Source: Eutreptiella sp. 'Long Island Sound 2002' (lineage: Eukaryota > Protista > Euglenida). Taken from it: a stretch of 64,000 nt of DNA. The notes below the pieces were generated by a model. The model did no database searches. It saw nothing but the letters and a program-made list of their open reading frames with translations, and had not been told where the DNA came from. The position numbers and the translations under genes were made by a program. Positions 36,377-48,769 of the stretch are shown piece by piece (position 1 is the first letter of the stretch; every line of letters begins with the position of its first letter). The DNA is taken from positions 179,118,001-179,182,000 of the forward strand of contig OZ038378.1 of assembly GCA_964036045.1 (NCBI GenBank), given 5' to 3'.

Positions 36377-36400
36377 CTAAGGGAAAGGCGGTGGTGGTTG
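36377..36400 (-). promoter_or_regulatory. Candidate polypyrimidine tract + AG (SL trans-splice acceptor) ~33 nt upstream of the chlD ATG; also at 42596-42619 and 55662-55685
   Basis: Minus strand reads ccaccaccgcctttcccttAG. Euglenozoan mRNAs are SL trans-spliced. Confidence 0.45.
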
Positions 36401-37409
36401 GAGGGGGAACACAGGTTACCGGTCACAGTGTATCTCATCTTCAGTTTCACGCTCCTGAAGTGATTCATGTCTATACTCTGGCATACTGGGAGATGCAGCG
36501 GCGATGATTGCATTTGTGCAAGCATGTCATAGATCACGCTTGTAAGGACAGTGTGAAAAAGAGAGTGAAACAATTTCAGCGTGTTTGCGGCGGAGCTACT
36601 GTGCTTTGCTTTTTGTTCTTAGAATACAGATTTCGATCTCCTGGACGTTGGTGAGTTTGTTGTACACTGTCCATCTCCATTACGTCACCGCTCAGAATCA
36701 CAACTGCCTTTTCTTTGTCCTCTTCTCGGTCCCCATCGCCCAAAAGAGCACGGACCACGCTTTCCCCGCACTCCTCATCAAGGAACACCTCATCGCCGCT
36801 TCAAAGAGTGAAGCCACAAGCTCCGAAACACTCAAAGCAAGCGGACACCGCTGACAAGGGTGGTGCACCTCTTTGCACTCTTGTGGCAATTGAGGATTGT
36901 CCGCAATGGGATCAATGGTCGGTGCTGATCGACTGAATGTCCCCGCCATAGACACTTTCAGCCATTAGTCCAGAGGTTCTCTCACAGATGCATGTGTCCC
37001 CTTCTTGGTTGGGGTGCTCCACTATTCAATGTACAACAAGTAGGTACAAGGTTTCAATCAGCGGTGCCAGTGGCAGCTGCATTTGTTATATATGTGTGGA
37101 CACGCCCCCCCCCCATGTCCAGCCCCCCCCCTTGCTTGTAAGGGCAAAGTGAAAAAAAATTGACAACCATGATGACCATACCATTGGCGTAAACACAGAT
37201 GATTTCCTGGACTGCTTTGAGATTTGCAATGTCAGATAGCAGATGTGCCGTCACACCAAATGATGGCAGAACATGGTGGGGATGAGGTTGATGTGCGTAT
37301 TTTGTGCTGTCAAAAGCACACCACCAAACTTTGTGGTGAATCTCAGGAAAACGATTTTGCCAATTGTATTGATAGGCAATGGTACGGGCAGGGGAGGCCG
37401 GGTTTTCGT

Positions 37410-37779
37410 TTCCGGGGGGGGGGGGGGGTCGATAAAGCCCTCCGGCCGGACACCACCCAAAAAAGGGCTCAATTGACAGGACCCCAAAATCCTACGGAGA
37501 CTGACCCCCAGGGCTCGGAGGTGACCCAGACCCAAAAATCAGGGAAAAAAGGAAATGGGATTTTTGGAATCAGCGCGTCGAGGGGGTTCAGAAAAGTCAT
37601 CATTTGCCATATATTTGGTGAAAAAAAATCGACCAATTCTAATGCTCAAAAAATTTTTCGCAGCCTTTGGCGCCAGACTTCATAATGATTGATTAATGGT
37701 GCCTGTCAATTGAGCCCTTTTCCCGAACCCCACCCCCCAGGGGCTCTATTGAAAACCCCCCCCCCCCCCCCCCCCGGAA
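37410..37779. mobile_element. MITE with ~70-bp imperfect TIRs in the spacer between chlD copies 1 and 2
   Basis: Perfect 20-bp inverted repeat aaaagggctcaattgacagg (37461-37480 / 37702-37721) plus outer ttcc-G-run / C-run-ggaa arms. Confidence 0.8.
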
Positions 37780-37941
37780 GTGATAACCCAACATGCCCAG
37801 GCAGAGTTGCACTGAGTTCAGGCAAATCCCCAACATTGCAGGTGCAGAAAAAACACCACGTGGAACTGATACGTTTTATGTTGGAACTAGCAAGTGACAC
37901 CACCCCCTTCGGGGGGGGGGGGGGGGAGGTTACTTGCGCCC

Positions 37942-40900
37942 CAGTTGGGGCCTCAGCCCTGCAGCGGGTTGACACCTGGTTGTGGTTGTGGTTGTAGTGC
38001 GACCTGTGCCTCCCTGGACCACACCCCAAGTAGGTATTGGCCCACTGCAGGGCTGAGGTGTTACCTGAGACGTGGGTGCCAGCAAGTCACTGGTCCCCCC
38101 CCACCCCACAGCCCCCACGTGTCGCTAACCTCAATCCCCCCTCCAAAAAAATGTTGATGGCAGACCGCCCCCATCCACCCACCAGACTGCACCCAGGTTC
38201 AGAAGGGATGTGTGGCTGTCCCCTGGTAGAGTAGACTTGTGAGGTCCTATGGTGAGGACTCAGGGTGCCATTTTCTATTCTCACTTGTGAAAGCATTTGT
38301 AGATTTCTTTTATCTACATCTGTACATCTACATCTGCACATGGTTCCAAACCACATGATCTACGCACACTGAGAGCAAACGAAGCCTTAGGCGTTTCCAT
38401 AGAGCCATGGAGTAGTTGTCCTCTGCCGTTTTAGAGAATAAGTCCACTTTGGGGTGAGTTCGTGAGTCTCCAAGTGGCTGTTCTTGCATATTTTGCCAAC
38501 TTCGGAATGGCACCTGGAGCTGAACTTGCACAACCCATCAAACATTTTTCCTTGGTGACATCACACTGCCCCCAGTGAGCAATTTGGCGGGTTTGTGCCT
38601 GCTGTTGGTCATGGTGGAAATGAGGACTGCCTGAGCCTGCGTCCGGACATGGGCAATGCTGTTGGCTGCACTCTCATGAGATGGTGCGCCTGGGACATTG
38701 TGCCTGCAAGGACTGGCAGAGTGGCTGAAATCTGCAAATGCTTGAAACAAATACGTTCACTTGGAATGATTGAAACAAGAATTTGGAGGACTGCTTTTTG
38801 GCTAGCAAAAGGGGGCTGACTTTCTCTGAGCATGCACAGTACAATTCATCCCAATCCTGCCAACCTAGAGGAATGGTGCCCAGTCCCTACCACATGCAAC
38901 CATTGCCCACCACAACTGCACTCCCGGCTCCACAAAACAGAATCTCGGGTATTCGGATAATCCAGAATCAGAAAGTATTTGCTGTTGTCAGGAGTGGGGA
39001 CAACGTGGACTGCCGTGTCCATGGTCCCAGCGCGAAAAACCTTTCCTGATGCTGATTCCTCTCATAGCCACAACCTCTGCACCACCTCAAACACAGTGAA
39101 GCCTGATTCGCATCCGCTTAAGAAATTCACATGAGGCACTGCGGTCCCACTGGTTGGCAGACAATTCGAATGCCCCAGGGTGTCTGAGGCAACAGTGCTC
39201 TGCACTGAAGCAACACAGCGAAAGCTTCCTCACACAGGAAGCACAGCGACAATTGGATGCTTCGAAGCGCCAACCACTGCAAATGCAGCGAAAAAAACTG
39301 CTCGCCATAAAGTGTACAAAGTGCCTGTGTAGAGTCACTGTTCAATATTGTGAGGCACTGCACAGTAAATGCACATTTCTGAGTAAAGCAGAAAACTGTG
39401 CACAATGGTCCCATAGATAAGTAACCTTCGCATAACACGAGGGGTATGAAAGAATGCAGCGTCCGTTCCAGAAGCAGATGCATACGCACACACGCTGCAG
39501 GGAATAGACACAAAAATACCAAAGACTGCAGACGGTTCCCTTCAGAATGGGGTTGTGCAGGTCTTATATAAAGCGGACTTGACAACTTTCGCGGCAGTAA
39601 CAGCAGTCATTGCTGGCACAGTCATAACTCCGACAAAATCATCCTGGTGATGCACACTGTGGAGCCCACAGATGTATTGTTGATATGACAACGTGGGCAA
39701 TGCAAAATCATTCAGAACAGTCCAGAAGAGAATGTAAAACGCCAAGCTTTGAGAGAGGGCCAGGATCCGACGAAGAAAGGTATGCCCTTGAGCAGTGGGC
39801 AACTAAAATGAATAGGCGGATGCGTTGGTGGTGCAAAAAGAGAATTCCAAGCAAATGATAAGCTGCGATTAAGTGGCAGCCCTGGCCTCTGCGATCGCGT
39901 CTTGCGTCACATTGGCAACGTTGTTCCCTGACAGCTTGGGAAGGTATTTGTACGTGCCTCGGGCAGCCGCGGCAATCTCCTTGGTCACTCCCGTGCTCAC
40001 AAATTTCTCCTCAGAGTCCAACACCAGCAGGTTGAAGCCCTTAATCGCCCCCAACTGTTTGGCCGCATCCAACACCTCCTCCTTGATGTCCGCCATGGAT
40101 GGCTTCTCCTCAGGGTCTTCCTCACCAATCGGGTTGGCTGCCGATAAAGGCACATTGGCCCGGCCGTCAGTGCAAAGAACAACAATCACCTGCCCCACAT
40201 CTCCTGCGCTCATCGCATTCAGGCCGGTTCGCACAGCAGTGTTGATGGCAGAGGCCAGAGGAGACCCACCACCACATGGCATGGACTCCAATCGATCTCT
40301 GGCCATCGCAATGGATTTGGTGGGCGGTAGCAACACCTCGGCCTTGTCACCCTGGAAAGGGATCACGCAGACTTTGTCACGGCTCTGGTAAGCAGTCTCA
40401 AGCAGACTGATGGCTGCACCCTTGGCGGCGTCCATTCGATTCAGCGCCATGGACCCGGACGCATCCACACAGAAAATAATCAGGCACCCTGCAGGACGTG
40501 CCATGCGCTTCGTCCGGACATCTTCCTTCTCGATGAACACCTTGCGGTTCTTCGGGTTTCCAATGCTCTCCGCCCTCTCACGGCGTCCTCTTTGAAATGG
40601 CGCAGCAGCGCGCATTGTAGCATCAACTGCCAGCCGCTTAACCTTCCCCTTGGGCAGCATCGGTTTGATGTATCGCCCACGTTCTTGACTGAAGATCAGA
40701 CCACGACCACCGCTTTTCCCAGTCTTCGCTTTGTCGGCAAAATTCAGCAGCTCGGGGTCCATAGGTACGCCCGTATCTGCATCGAAGAAAAATTCCTGAG
40801 GAATGTCTGGGATGCTGTCATCCTCCTGTTCCTCTTCCTCCTCCTGCTCCTGCTCCTCTTCGTCCTTTTCATCTTCATTCTCCTCATCATCCTCATCAGC

Positions 40901-42619
40901 ATTCCCTTCCGGCTCCTGGTTCTCTTCTTCTGGTGGTGGTGGAGGGGGAGGCGGTGGTGGCTCGTCCATCTGCATGTACGAACTGCGGGGAGTAATCACC
41001 AGCTTCACAGCGAGCGCCAAATCATCGGCATTCACCGGCCTCTCCTCAAGCGCCGCTGATGCCTTCGCCACTTCTGCAGCAAAGATCTCTGCACGCTGTC
41101 CTTGACAGCCCGCCCTTGTGGCCTCTTCACACAGGTACTTGATCTGTGCGGTGCTACATTTGACCTCTGACTTGAAGTACTCCCTAGAAAACAGAATACG
41201 AGTCGTGAGTGCTTGCTCTTGCCGATCAATCTCCATCAACTCTTCATCACTGAAATTGCTCCAGTCCAATACACCCTGCATGGCTTCCACTCTCTGCTCC
41301 AGATTCAATGGCTGGGCGTCCACATTCAGACACACAGCCATGCGGTCCAATACATGGTCCCGTACTCCAGTTTCCTCGGGATTGAACGTGGCTACCAACA
41401 GAGGCTTGCATGGGAACCGTACAGATACTCCTTCACGCTCTACATTCACCCACCCCTCTGCCAAGGATGTAAACAGAATATTGCAAAGCTCGTCGTCCAA
41501 CAGGTTGATGTCGTCGACGTACAGAATCCCACGGTGCGCCTTGGCAAGCAGCCCAGGCTGGAATACAGTCTTGCCCTGTCTCACAGACTCCTCCACATCA
41601 ACCGACCCCAACAAACGGTCTTCCATGATATTCAGAGGTACCTGAACGAAAGGGCAGTCGATGACCTCTGTCTCCAAGTCAGACAGTTCCTGCCCAGTCT
41701 CTTCCAACATCCGTGCGGTGAAATCATCAACTTGATAGGGACGTGTCGGATCAATGTTGAATGGACTGCCCTTGATTCTCTCGATAGGAGGCATGATCTT
41801 GTACAGACCCTTCGCCATCACAGACTTCGCGGTACCGCGCCCACCGCTGATGCACACTCCTCCCATGTTGGGATTAATTGTGGCAAGTAATAGCGCAGTC
41901 TTGATCTCTTCACAACCCAGCACCATGCTGAGTGGGAATGGCCTGGCTCGGTACTCCAGGGGGTCTCTTTGGCTCCTCTCCTCTTCCCTCTGCTGCGCTT
42001 TGGCAACACTTTCGGCACGCGCCCTGATCTCATCACTCACTTCTCCACTGGTGGTACATAGAGCAATGTCCATGGGTTTCAAATCTCCGGCCAGCAGAGG
42101 CTTCTTCACACCACTTGCTGCCTTCAGCTTGGCCCAGAACGCCATCAGGACGGACGAGACCAGCAGCCCTGCTGCTAACCATTCGTTGGATGTCACCCCA
42201 CCGTTGTTCGTCTGTTCAGTAGCGTCCGTGCGGGCGTTTCGAGCAGCAGCAAACCGTTGGCCATCCCTTGCTGGTGCTGCGTAGACTGGATGGACTCCAG
42301 ATGATTCTCTTCGGACGACACCAAATGATGAGTCTGTCCTCAGATGGTTGGTAGCATCAGCAACGACTGCAGGTTGGGGCTGGGCTCCAGTGGCTGTGAA
42401 CAGCATGCCTTGCTTGGAACGCGCATCGGTAGACAGCGCTGCCACCAGACAAAAAACACCCGCAGACACCAACGCAAGTGCGGTGCGGGGACCCACAGCT
42501 GGAGGGGGCCCAGTGTGGCTATCTTGGGCGGTGCAATACACCGCATTTGCACCAATCGTCATTTTGGGGGGGATCCACCCAAACCCAAAAAAAGACTAAG
42601 GGAAAGGCGGTGGTGGTTG
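37942..42619. repeat. Segmental duplication unit A, second copy
   Basis: Matches 31724-36400; the only difference seen is a 1-nt G indel upstream of the ATG. Confidence 0.93.
39869..42562 (-). CDS. chlD: Magnesium chelatase subunit D, copy 2, intronless
   Basis: Same 897-aa translation as copy 1, at offset 6218. Confidence 0.96.
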   Translation of the reverse strand: MTIGANAVYCTAQDSHTGPPPAVGPRTALALVSAGVFCLVAALSTDARSKQGMLFTATGAQPQPAVVADATNHLRTDSSFGVVRRESSGVHPVYAAPARDGQRFAAARNARTDATEQTNNGGVTSNEWLAAGLLVSSVLMAFWAKLKAASGVKKPLLAGDLKPMDIALCTTSGEVSDEIRARAESVAKAQQREEERSQRDPLEYRARPFPLSMVLGCEEIKTALLLATINPNMGGVCISGGRGTAKSVMAKGLYKIMPPIERIKGSPFNIDPTRPYQVDDFTARMLEETGQELSDLETEVIDCPFVQVPLNIMEDRLLGSVDVEESVRQGKTVFQPGLLAKAHRGILYVDDINLLDDELCNILFTSLAEGWVNVEREGVSVRFPCKPLLVATFNPEETGVRDHVLDRMAVCLNVDAQPLNLEQRVEAMQGVLDWSNFSDEELMEIDRQEQALTTRILFSREYFKSEVKCSTAQIKYLCEEATRAGCQGQRAEIFAAEVAKASAALEERPVNADDLALAVKLVITPRSSYMQMDEPPPPPPPPPPEEENQEPEGNADEDDEENEDEKDEEEQEQEEEEEQEDDSIPDIPQEFFFDADTGVPMDPELLNFADKAKTGKSGGRGLIFSQERGRYIKPMLPKGKVKRLAVDATMRAAAPFQRGRRERAESIGNPKNRKVFIEKEDVRTKRMARPAGCLIIFCVDASGSMALNRMDAAKGAAISLLETAYQSRDKVCVIPFQGDKAEVLLPPTKSIAMARDRLESMPCGGGSPLASAINTAVRTGLNAMSAGDVGQVIVVLCTDGRANVPLSAANPIGEEDPEEKPSMADIKEEVLDAAKQLGAIKGFNLLVLDSEEKFVSTGVTKEIAAAARGTYKYLPKLSGNNVANVTQDAIAEARAAT

Positions 42620-45000
42620 TACCCACACAGCAATGAAACAAAGTCTTCTCTACTACTGATCCTCAATGTCACATTATGCCAGATTTCCCATTTGAGCTGA
42701 CTCCGATACAAGTCAATGGCTATGTTTCTTGGTGCCTTTCAGTTGTGGACTCAGAGGTGGGTCCCCATTGGAACAAGGTTCCAAATTAGATTCACCACAC
42801 GAATGGGAGCATGCCAAAACTTGGCCCTACACACATGTGTGCCCAGTATTGGGCACAAACGTTTTGTGCATTGCACATTTTCAATCCATCATAGTGGGCG
42901 GAAATTGTGAACTTCTCCATAAAATACACCACTCCGTGGACAGTGATCAAAATCCTAAATTGCCCCATCAAACATATCACCCTCACCTCATAAGGACCAC
43001 CCCTTTGAGCTAGCTAGGCATGGGACCCTGACCTATTGCCACGGATTGGTGATGCCCTATAGATTTTATCCAAGTACCCAATTCAGCTATGCGCAAAGGT
43101 GCCATTCACTCGCCTCGGTTGCATCTGCTAGCCACCTTGCTGTGCATGTAGTTCCCGAAGAGTGCTCCACATTGCAGCAAATGGCTACCAGTATGTTGTG
43201 GGGCTGGCTTTGTAGGTCTCAACTTGCTTGGACGTGATAATGCAAATTGATGTTGTGTGTTGAGGTGCATGTCCAACAGTTGCAATGGGGGATGGGTGTT
43301 CAAGAATATTGATGATGTTTCAATATTACTATTGCCCCGTGCAAACTACCCAGCAATACTCATAGCTTTGAAGAACCCAATTGGCATTCCAATGATTTCA
43401 CACGGGACAACAAACCATTAAGCATCATGCTCTCTATATGCTTTACATTGACATCCATGCAATATCATTCTCCCCACCACCACCCACTCTGTGGTGGCCT
43501 TTGCTCTACCATGAACTCTGAATTGTCTAATCCATTGGGAGGTGACAACACGCAGCAGACAGCCCTTGCAACAAATTGTAGGCACAGCATCTTTCAAATC
43601 AGGCCCGACATGCATTTCCGCCCACTAGCACGGTTCCAAATCAGGTCCGACCTTATTGCCCAACGCACACATCCTAACCAACTAAATCAACCCTACAACC
43701 ATCCATACAGCATACACAACACAACACCAAATCTGCAAAATAAAATTGCGCAACAAATATGACATTTATTGCACTCCACACAGCTCAAAACGTGAAGGTG
43801 AACATGAAGGTGAAAGAGTACAGCATCTTTGTCCCCAATCAAATGTCAGACACACCCTTCTGCAAACAGCGTTCAATTAAAGGATCCACTCGTAGCACCT
43901 ACAGCATCCATTGAATGTCACTGTAGGCCATGACAGGTTGGCAAAGTCTGGGGACACAACAAATGGTATTCTACCTGTTGTCCAAGAACTTCTCAAAGGC
44001 ACTGGCAGTAGAGACTCCAAACACTGTATGACGAAGGAGATAGATTCCCATGTGCTGAAGCCAATTCCCCACTTCCACCCAAACTTGGATGTCATGCTCT
44101 TCTACCATTGAAATCATTCATGTGTATGAGAAGAGGGTCGAAGAATGAAGAGAACGCAAGTTGTGCCTAGGGCCCATGTTGACTACAAACGGGCTTGCTT
44201 CGCCATGGTGTAGTGATGCACCCGGTCTAGCGGCCAATGCTGTAATGCCTTGCGTAGTGCAATCTCCTGCTGTGTGGACCATTCATGCTGATCTAAGAGG
44301 TCCACAGGCTACCGGATTGCTAAGGTGTGCCCCATCTTAGTACGGAGGAGATATTCAATGTATTGTTGTTGTAGTGCTACACTCCTTGGTTGAACTAGGA
44401 TATGCCGTCTTCTCGTGGTGGTCATCCCTCATAAACAGCCATCACCCAGCCGCAGAATAGTTGTTGCGCCTTATAAACTGCCTTCCAGAGGTCCTTGGCC
44501 CACGGTGATCTTGCCGTCTCATGCTGGGCCTGGCATTGCCATCATCTCAGTGCCGCCCAATGTCCGGCTTCTTTCACGTCCTAGATCTACTGCTCACTGT
44601 CTATGGTGAGAGTGGTACACCTTAGGTGGCCACCTTCCTCTTCCATGATGTTGAAACAGGGCTCCGGTTTCAACCCACATCGCCAGCGCCATTAGTTTTC
44701 CATCACTGGGTTGAGGAACAAAATAGGAACCACCATGGTGAGCATGTTGCATTGGTTGTAGCATGCAGAAAAGTGGTAGCAATATTACACACACCGGATG
44801 CACCGTGCATATCGAACACACAGCAAGGGAATAGTCCGTCTAGAGATGTCCTGTGACGCTAGAAAGGTAAGGAGTACCGGCGCTAATATAACATAGATGA
44901 TCCTATGCGCACACAACCAGTGTGGGTGCATCGGTGGTTTGCAGTTTTGACTAGGTTAGCCATAGTAGGGACTCATTTAGGGACGGGCTAAGGGGCATGG
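42620..45000 (-). pseudogene. Heavily decayed retroelement-like coding sequence abutting the truncated 5' end of chlD copy 2
   Basis: Stop-interrupted protein-like frames; shares a short segment with 24250-24300; continuous with the tRNA-headed cluster. Confidence 0.3.
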
Positions 45001-47146
45001 ATGCTGATGTAGGCGGACGCTGCAATTTCCTTCCTTTCTGCCCACTCGTCCAACATCCCACGTTGCCCTTTGCACAGGGGGATCTTCCTACAAGATGGCC
45101 CCAAGGGGGCCATGAGCAATGGGGACTGAGCTTAGTGTGGCCCCAAGCGGGGCATGAGCAATGGATATTGAGCTCGCATATACCCCTGTGAGACAGGCAT
45201 ATGGTCATAGCTACAAATTGGAGTGCATCATTTTTTATTCTCAAAGGCTCAACAGTTCTTCGGAGTACAGTATGAGCTCTCAGGCAACATCCTGGGTCAA
45301 CACGTAGGGCATCTTGTACAAACGAGGGTTCCACATGCATCATGTGTCCAGCTTCACCTGGGGAACCTGCTCTGTTCACTACCAGCCTGATCTACCTCTC
45401 AGATATGCACCACGTGGTGCCATGCCAAACGGCCATGTGTTGTGTATAGCTCACGTGTTCTCTGGTCCTGCAACCTGAGTATGGCATCGTTTTGACTTGC
45501 TACACTGCCGCAAACCAGATCAATGCCGAATGTTGCCTTGAGTTCCCCGTACACTACGGCTATCGAATCTTTCTTGGGCCGTCTAGGTTAGCTCATCCCC
45601 CTCCCATAGGCACTGGTTAGACATAAAACCTTGCACTTAGGGGTTCGGAACGTCAACACAAAACACCCCTATATTGGACGTTTACTGTATCATGACCCCC
45701 ATCGGTTGGGAGCGGTCAGTGCCACACGGCTACAAGATGTTCATTGACCATGCCATGAAGACATCCCACTACGACCTTCCGGGGTTCGAACCTAGCCCCC
45801 GAAGCCTCCAGGCTGCGTGCATAGCCACTACACTACGAAGAGGTTGGAACCATCCATACATGGTTGTTCCCCACCGCTCTCACCAATCCAATACATCATT
45901 CACAGAGTGTGACAAACGCACGGTTGCACCAGCCACCTAGACCCTGGAGCTCGGCTCGCACCACGCCGGACACACCGGCCCAGGGGGGGGGGGGGCATGA
46001 GCAACGGATACTGGGCTCGCATATACCCCCATGACACAGGCATGTGGTCATAGTTATGGATTTCAATACATTGTTTTGCCTTGCCGCACTGCACCACAAG
46101 CCAGGTCAGTGCCGTCTAGATCAGTTCTACCCCCTCCCATAGGCGCCGGTTAAGCATAAACCTTGCACATAGGGATACAATATGTCACCTGATCCCTCAC
46201 AAAACCGACAAAAGTGACGGCTCCGTGGCAGACCGACCGGGATTCGAACCCATGATCCGTGGCGTGTGTGTGCGGTGCATGTCAGGTATGCTATGTTGCC
46301 GTCCCTACGATAACTGTTTTCTAGGCCACCCGCTTCCAATGTCATTTCACCCCCTCGGGGTCTCAATCCAGCGACCCACATGAAAGCCAAAGCCAAAGAC
46401 CGGAGGCTGGGCCGGTCCCATCGCCTCCGTGGGAGGCGACCTGGACTCCAACCCCGAGAGCACCGTGACGCTGGTGTCCGGTGCATTTCACGTATGCTCC
46501 CTCCCCTTGTCAAAAACGTGAAGAGAAAGCGGGGATTCCCGGAATTCGGTTTGACACAAGCCTTGCACTACTGGCTGCGGAGTTCAGAGCGTCTGCACAA
46601 AACGCCCCTTGATTGGACGTTTTCCCCGAGTTGGGAGCACAAAGTGCCAGACAGGTACCAGCTCTTCATGGACCATGGGGGAGTTGTCGCACGGTGTGCA
46701 CATGGTGTGCGCACAGTTCGATGTTTTTGGAATATTCACCCAACATCTACCCCGTTGAACAACCCCCACAAAACCACACCTAGGGTCCCAATTCCGCACC
46801 CTACAGCCCTTGCTGGCATACAAGGAATTTTTATTTTTTGTTTTGATTGCTTGTCACAGGCCCCAGGGTCCTAATTTCTGCACCTTGCACTCTTGCTAGT
46901 ATACCAGCTCTTGCTAGTATACCCAATGTTTCCGATTTTCATGATTTTAAGTTTGATGCTTGTCACAGGTCCCAAAATTCAAGCATTCTGGATCTGGGTA
47001 ATAAACAATACCCAAAAGTATGCACGGTGTGCGCACGGATCAAGCAACACCCCCCATGTTACGAAGAAGCCGACTATGACCCACCGGGGTTCAAACTCAG
47101 CTCCTAGGAGCCTCTAGGCTGGTGCATGGCCACTGGGACCATGTAC
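45000..47146 (-). mobile_element. Cluster of at least 3 tRNA-headed retroelement copies (heads at ~45769-45846, 46232-46300, 47073-47146)
   Basis: Each head has atgcac(c/g)..GGTT(C/T)GAA(C/T)CCCGG..ggtc. Each is followed by a shared body: aaacgtccaat..gtgcaagg..aacc..cctatgggagggg..ctagacggc (partial in some copies). Confidence 0.6.
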
Positions 47147-47578
47147 ACCTGAACCGTTTGCACCGTCCTCTTCAATCCAAAAACTCAGAAGCTGGCTGAG
47201 CACGCTTGCTTTGCGCGGCGCTCGTATTCACAATGCATGCAAAACAGGTTATGCGGGCCGTTCGGTGCATCCCAACACCCCCCCCCCCCGTCACGGGATT
47301 TGAACCACCGAGCACGTCCCACTTCAGCCCCGAGGAATACCGCTCTACTTTTTTTTTTTTGGCTGACTCCAGAAGTTCAAAGAGTACTCAAGACTGTGCT
47401 TGGCAAAGTGGGCGTCTCCAGCATATGATACAGTGGATCCCCGCAACGCGAGGCACATGGCAAAGACCCAGAGTTCACATGCGTATACCAGAGGGCTCTC
47501 TGATGCGGTAGGCAAAACCGCCACGCCATATGGCAAGCCTATAATGCGTAAGATTTAAGGAGGTTAAGACATGCTGGA

Positions 47579-48076
47579 TCACGTGTGTGCCATTCCCCAC
47601 AGGTCCTCAAGAGAGACAAGCTTTCGTCGCTTTGCAGGGGACATGACTGGTGGCGGGCGTTGGCCCAGGATGCCGGGCCTTTTGCGGCACTGACGTTTAG
47701 GCAGAGGCGACTCCACCCAGTGGGCGGCGCGCTCAGATGCCCACAATTGGCTCATCACCGAAAAGAGCTGAATCCTTCGGTTATGCCGCTGGTAGTGCTG
47801 GTCTGCGGAGGTGGTCCACACTCCAGCACGTCGCAGAAGGGAGTGCCAGTGCCGTGATTGCCGCACCAGATCATCTAGCACGTCGCGGTATGAATCCATT
47901 AGTGAGGCCCCGAGAACGGCACGCTGATGCAGAAACCAAGGCTGGGCCAGATACTGCATTGCCGAAGCTACCTGTTGTGCCCCTGGGTCTGCGGTACTGG
48001 GACAGAGGCACTGGTCGAGATATTTCACTGCCCATGACCTGGTATGGTACGACTGCGGCCGGTCCCATGTGCGCAC
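47579..48076 (-). CDS. Uncharacterised 165-aa ORF, probably the C-terminal remnant of a retroelement ORF
   Basis: Non-repetitive, protein-like composition; lies among retroelement debris; no recognisable domain. Confidence 0.25.
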   Translation of the reverse strand: MRTWDRPQSYHTRSWAVKYLDQCLCPSTADPGAQQVASAMQYLAQPWFLHQRAVLGASLMDSYRDVLDDLVRQSRHWHSLLRRAGVWTTSADQHYQRHNRRIQLFSVMSQLWASERAAHWVESPLPKRQCRKRPGILGQRPPPVMSPAKRRKLVSLEDLWGMAHT

Positions 48077-48769
48077 CGCTCTACGGTGCCGCTCTACGGT
48101 GCTCTACAGCCCCGAGGAATACCGCTCTACTACGGACGATGGTACATGTTGTGGTCTCCTTGTCTCCTTGTCATGGCATCATGTTCATGTGCCCCCACCC
48201 TCCTAGGACCCAATTCAGTTTGCTCAGATGCACCGTAGTCGTTATAATCCTGTTTTGGGCCTTGCCTTGCAGCTTTCAGTTGTTTCATGCACAGGCTTGG
48301 ATTGGGTTAGGGATGCTCAGGAGCACGCTGGTCACTGCATTTTGGTCTCTCCCGTGGCTCTGACAGCAACAGACAAAAATGTATGCCGGGTTTACCCCCC
48401 CCCATTCCCGCTTGCGGGCCAAAAATCCCCAAGAGGGGGGGGGGTCTACACCATCTCATGTGCCCCAAAAACCATGAGAGGTTCAACGCGTGGCGGCGTC
48501 GTTGTAGGGGCTTCCAGCTCAGCTAGTTTTCACGGAGTGTGGGGCATTGGCGATGCGGCCTCATGATCTTGTTTTTCTCAGCACATCAAGTTCAAGTGAG
48601 CTCTGGGGCGATAGCCCGGATCAAAGAGTAGCACACATAGTACAGACAAGGGTCCACGTATACAATGCAATGTGCCCTGCATTGAACCAATAGATCACCT
48701 CGATCCATCACTTGCTTCACCTACTCCCCGCATATGCACCTAACGAGTGCCACACCTGTCGGCATTTGT

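Larger units (their letters stand above)
31724..36400. repeat. Segmental duplication unit A (chlD plus ~1.9 kb downstream); near-identical to 37942-42619
   Basis: Shared sequence starts at cagttggggcctcagcc (31724 / 37942) and ends at ggtggtggttg (36400 / 42619). The ORF tracks repeat with offset 6218. Confidence 0.93.

Noticed and set aside
33655-36507. Numerous + strand ORFs overlapping chlD (repeated at copies 2 and 3)
   Set aside because: Antisense shadows of a strong CDS.
46420-46445. tRNA-Gly(CCC)-like TCGCCTCCCACG hairpin
   Set aside because: Only an 8-bp hairpin; no D or T arms or B-box at the right spacing.
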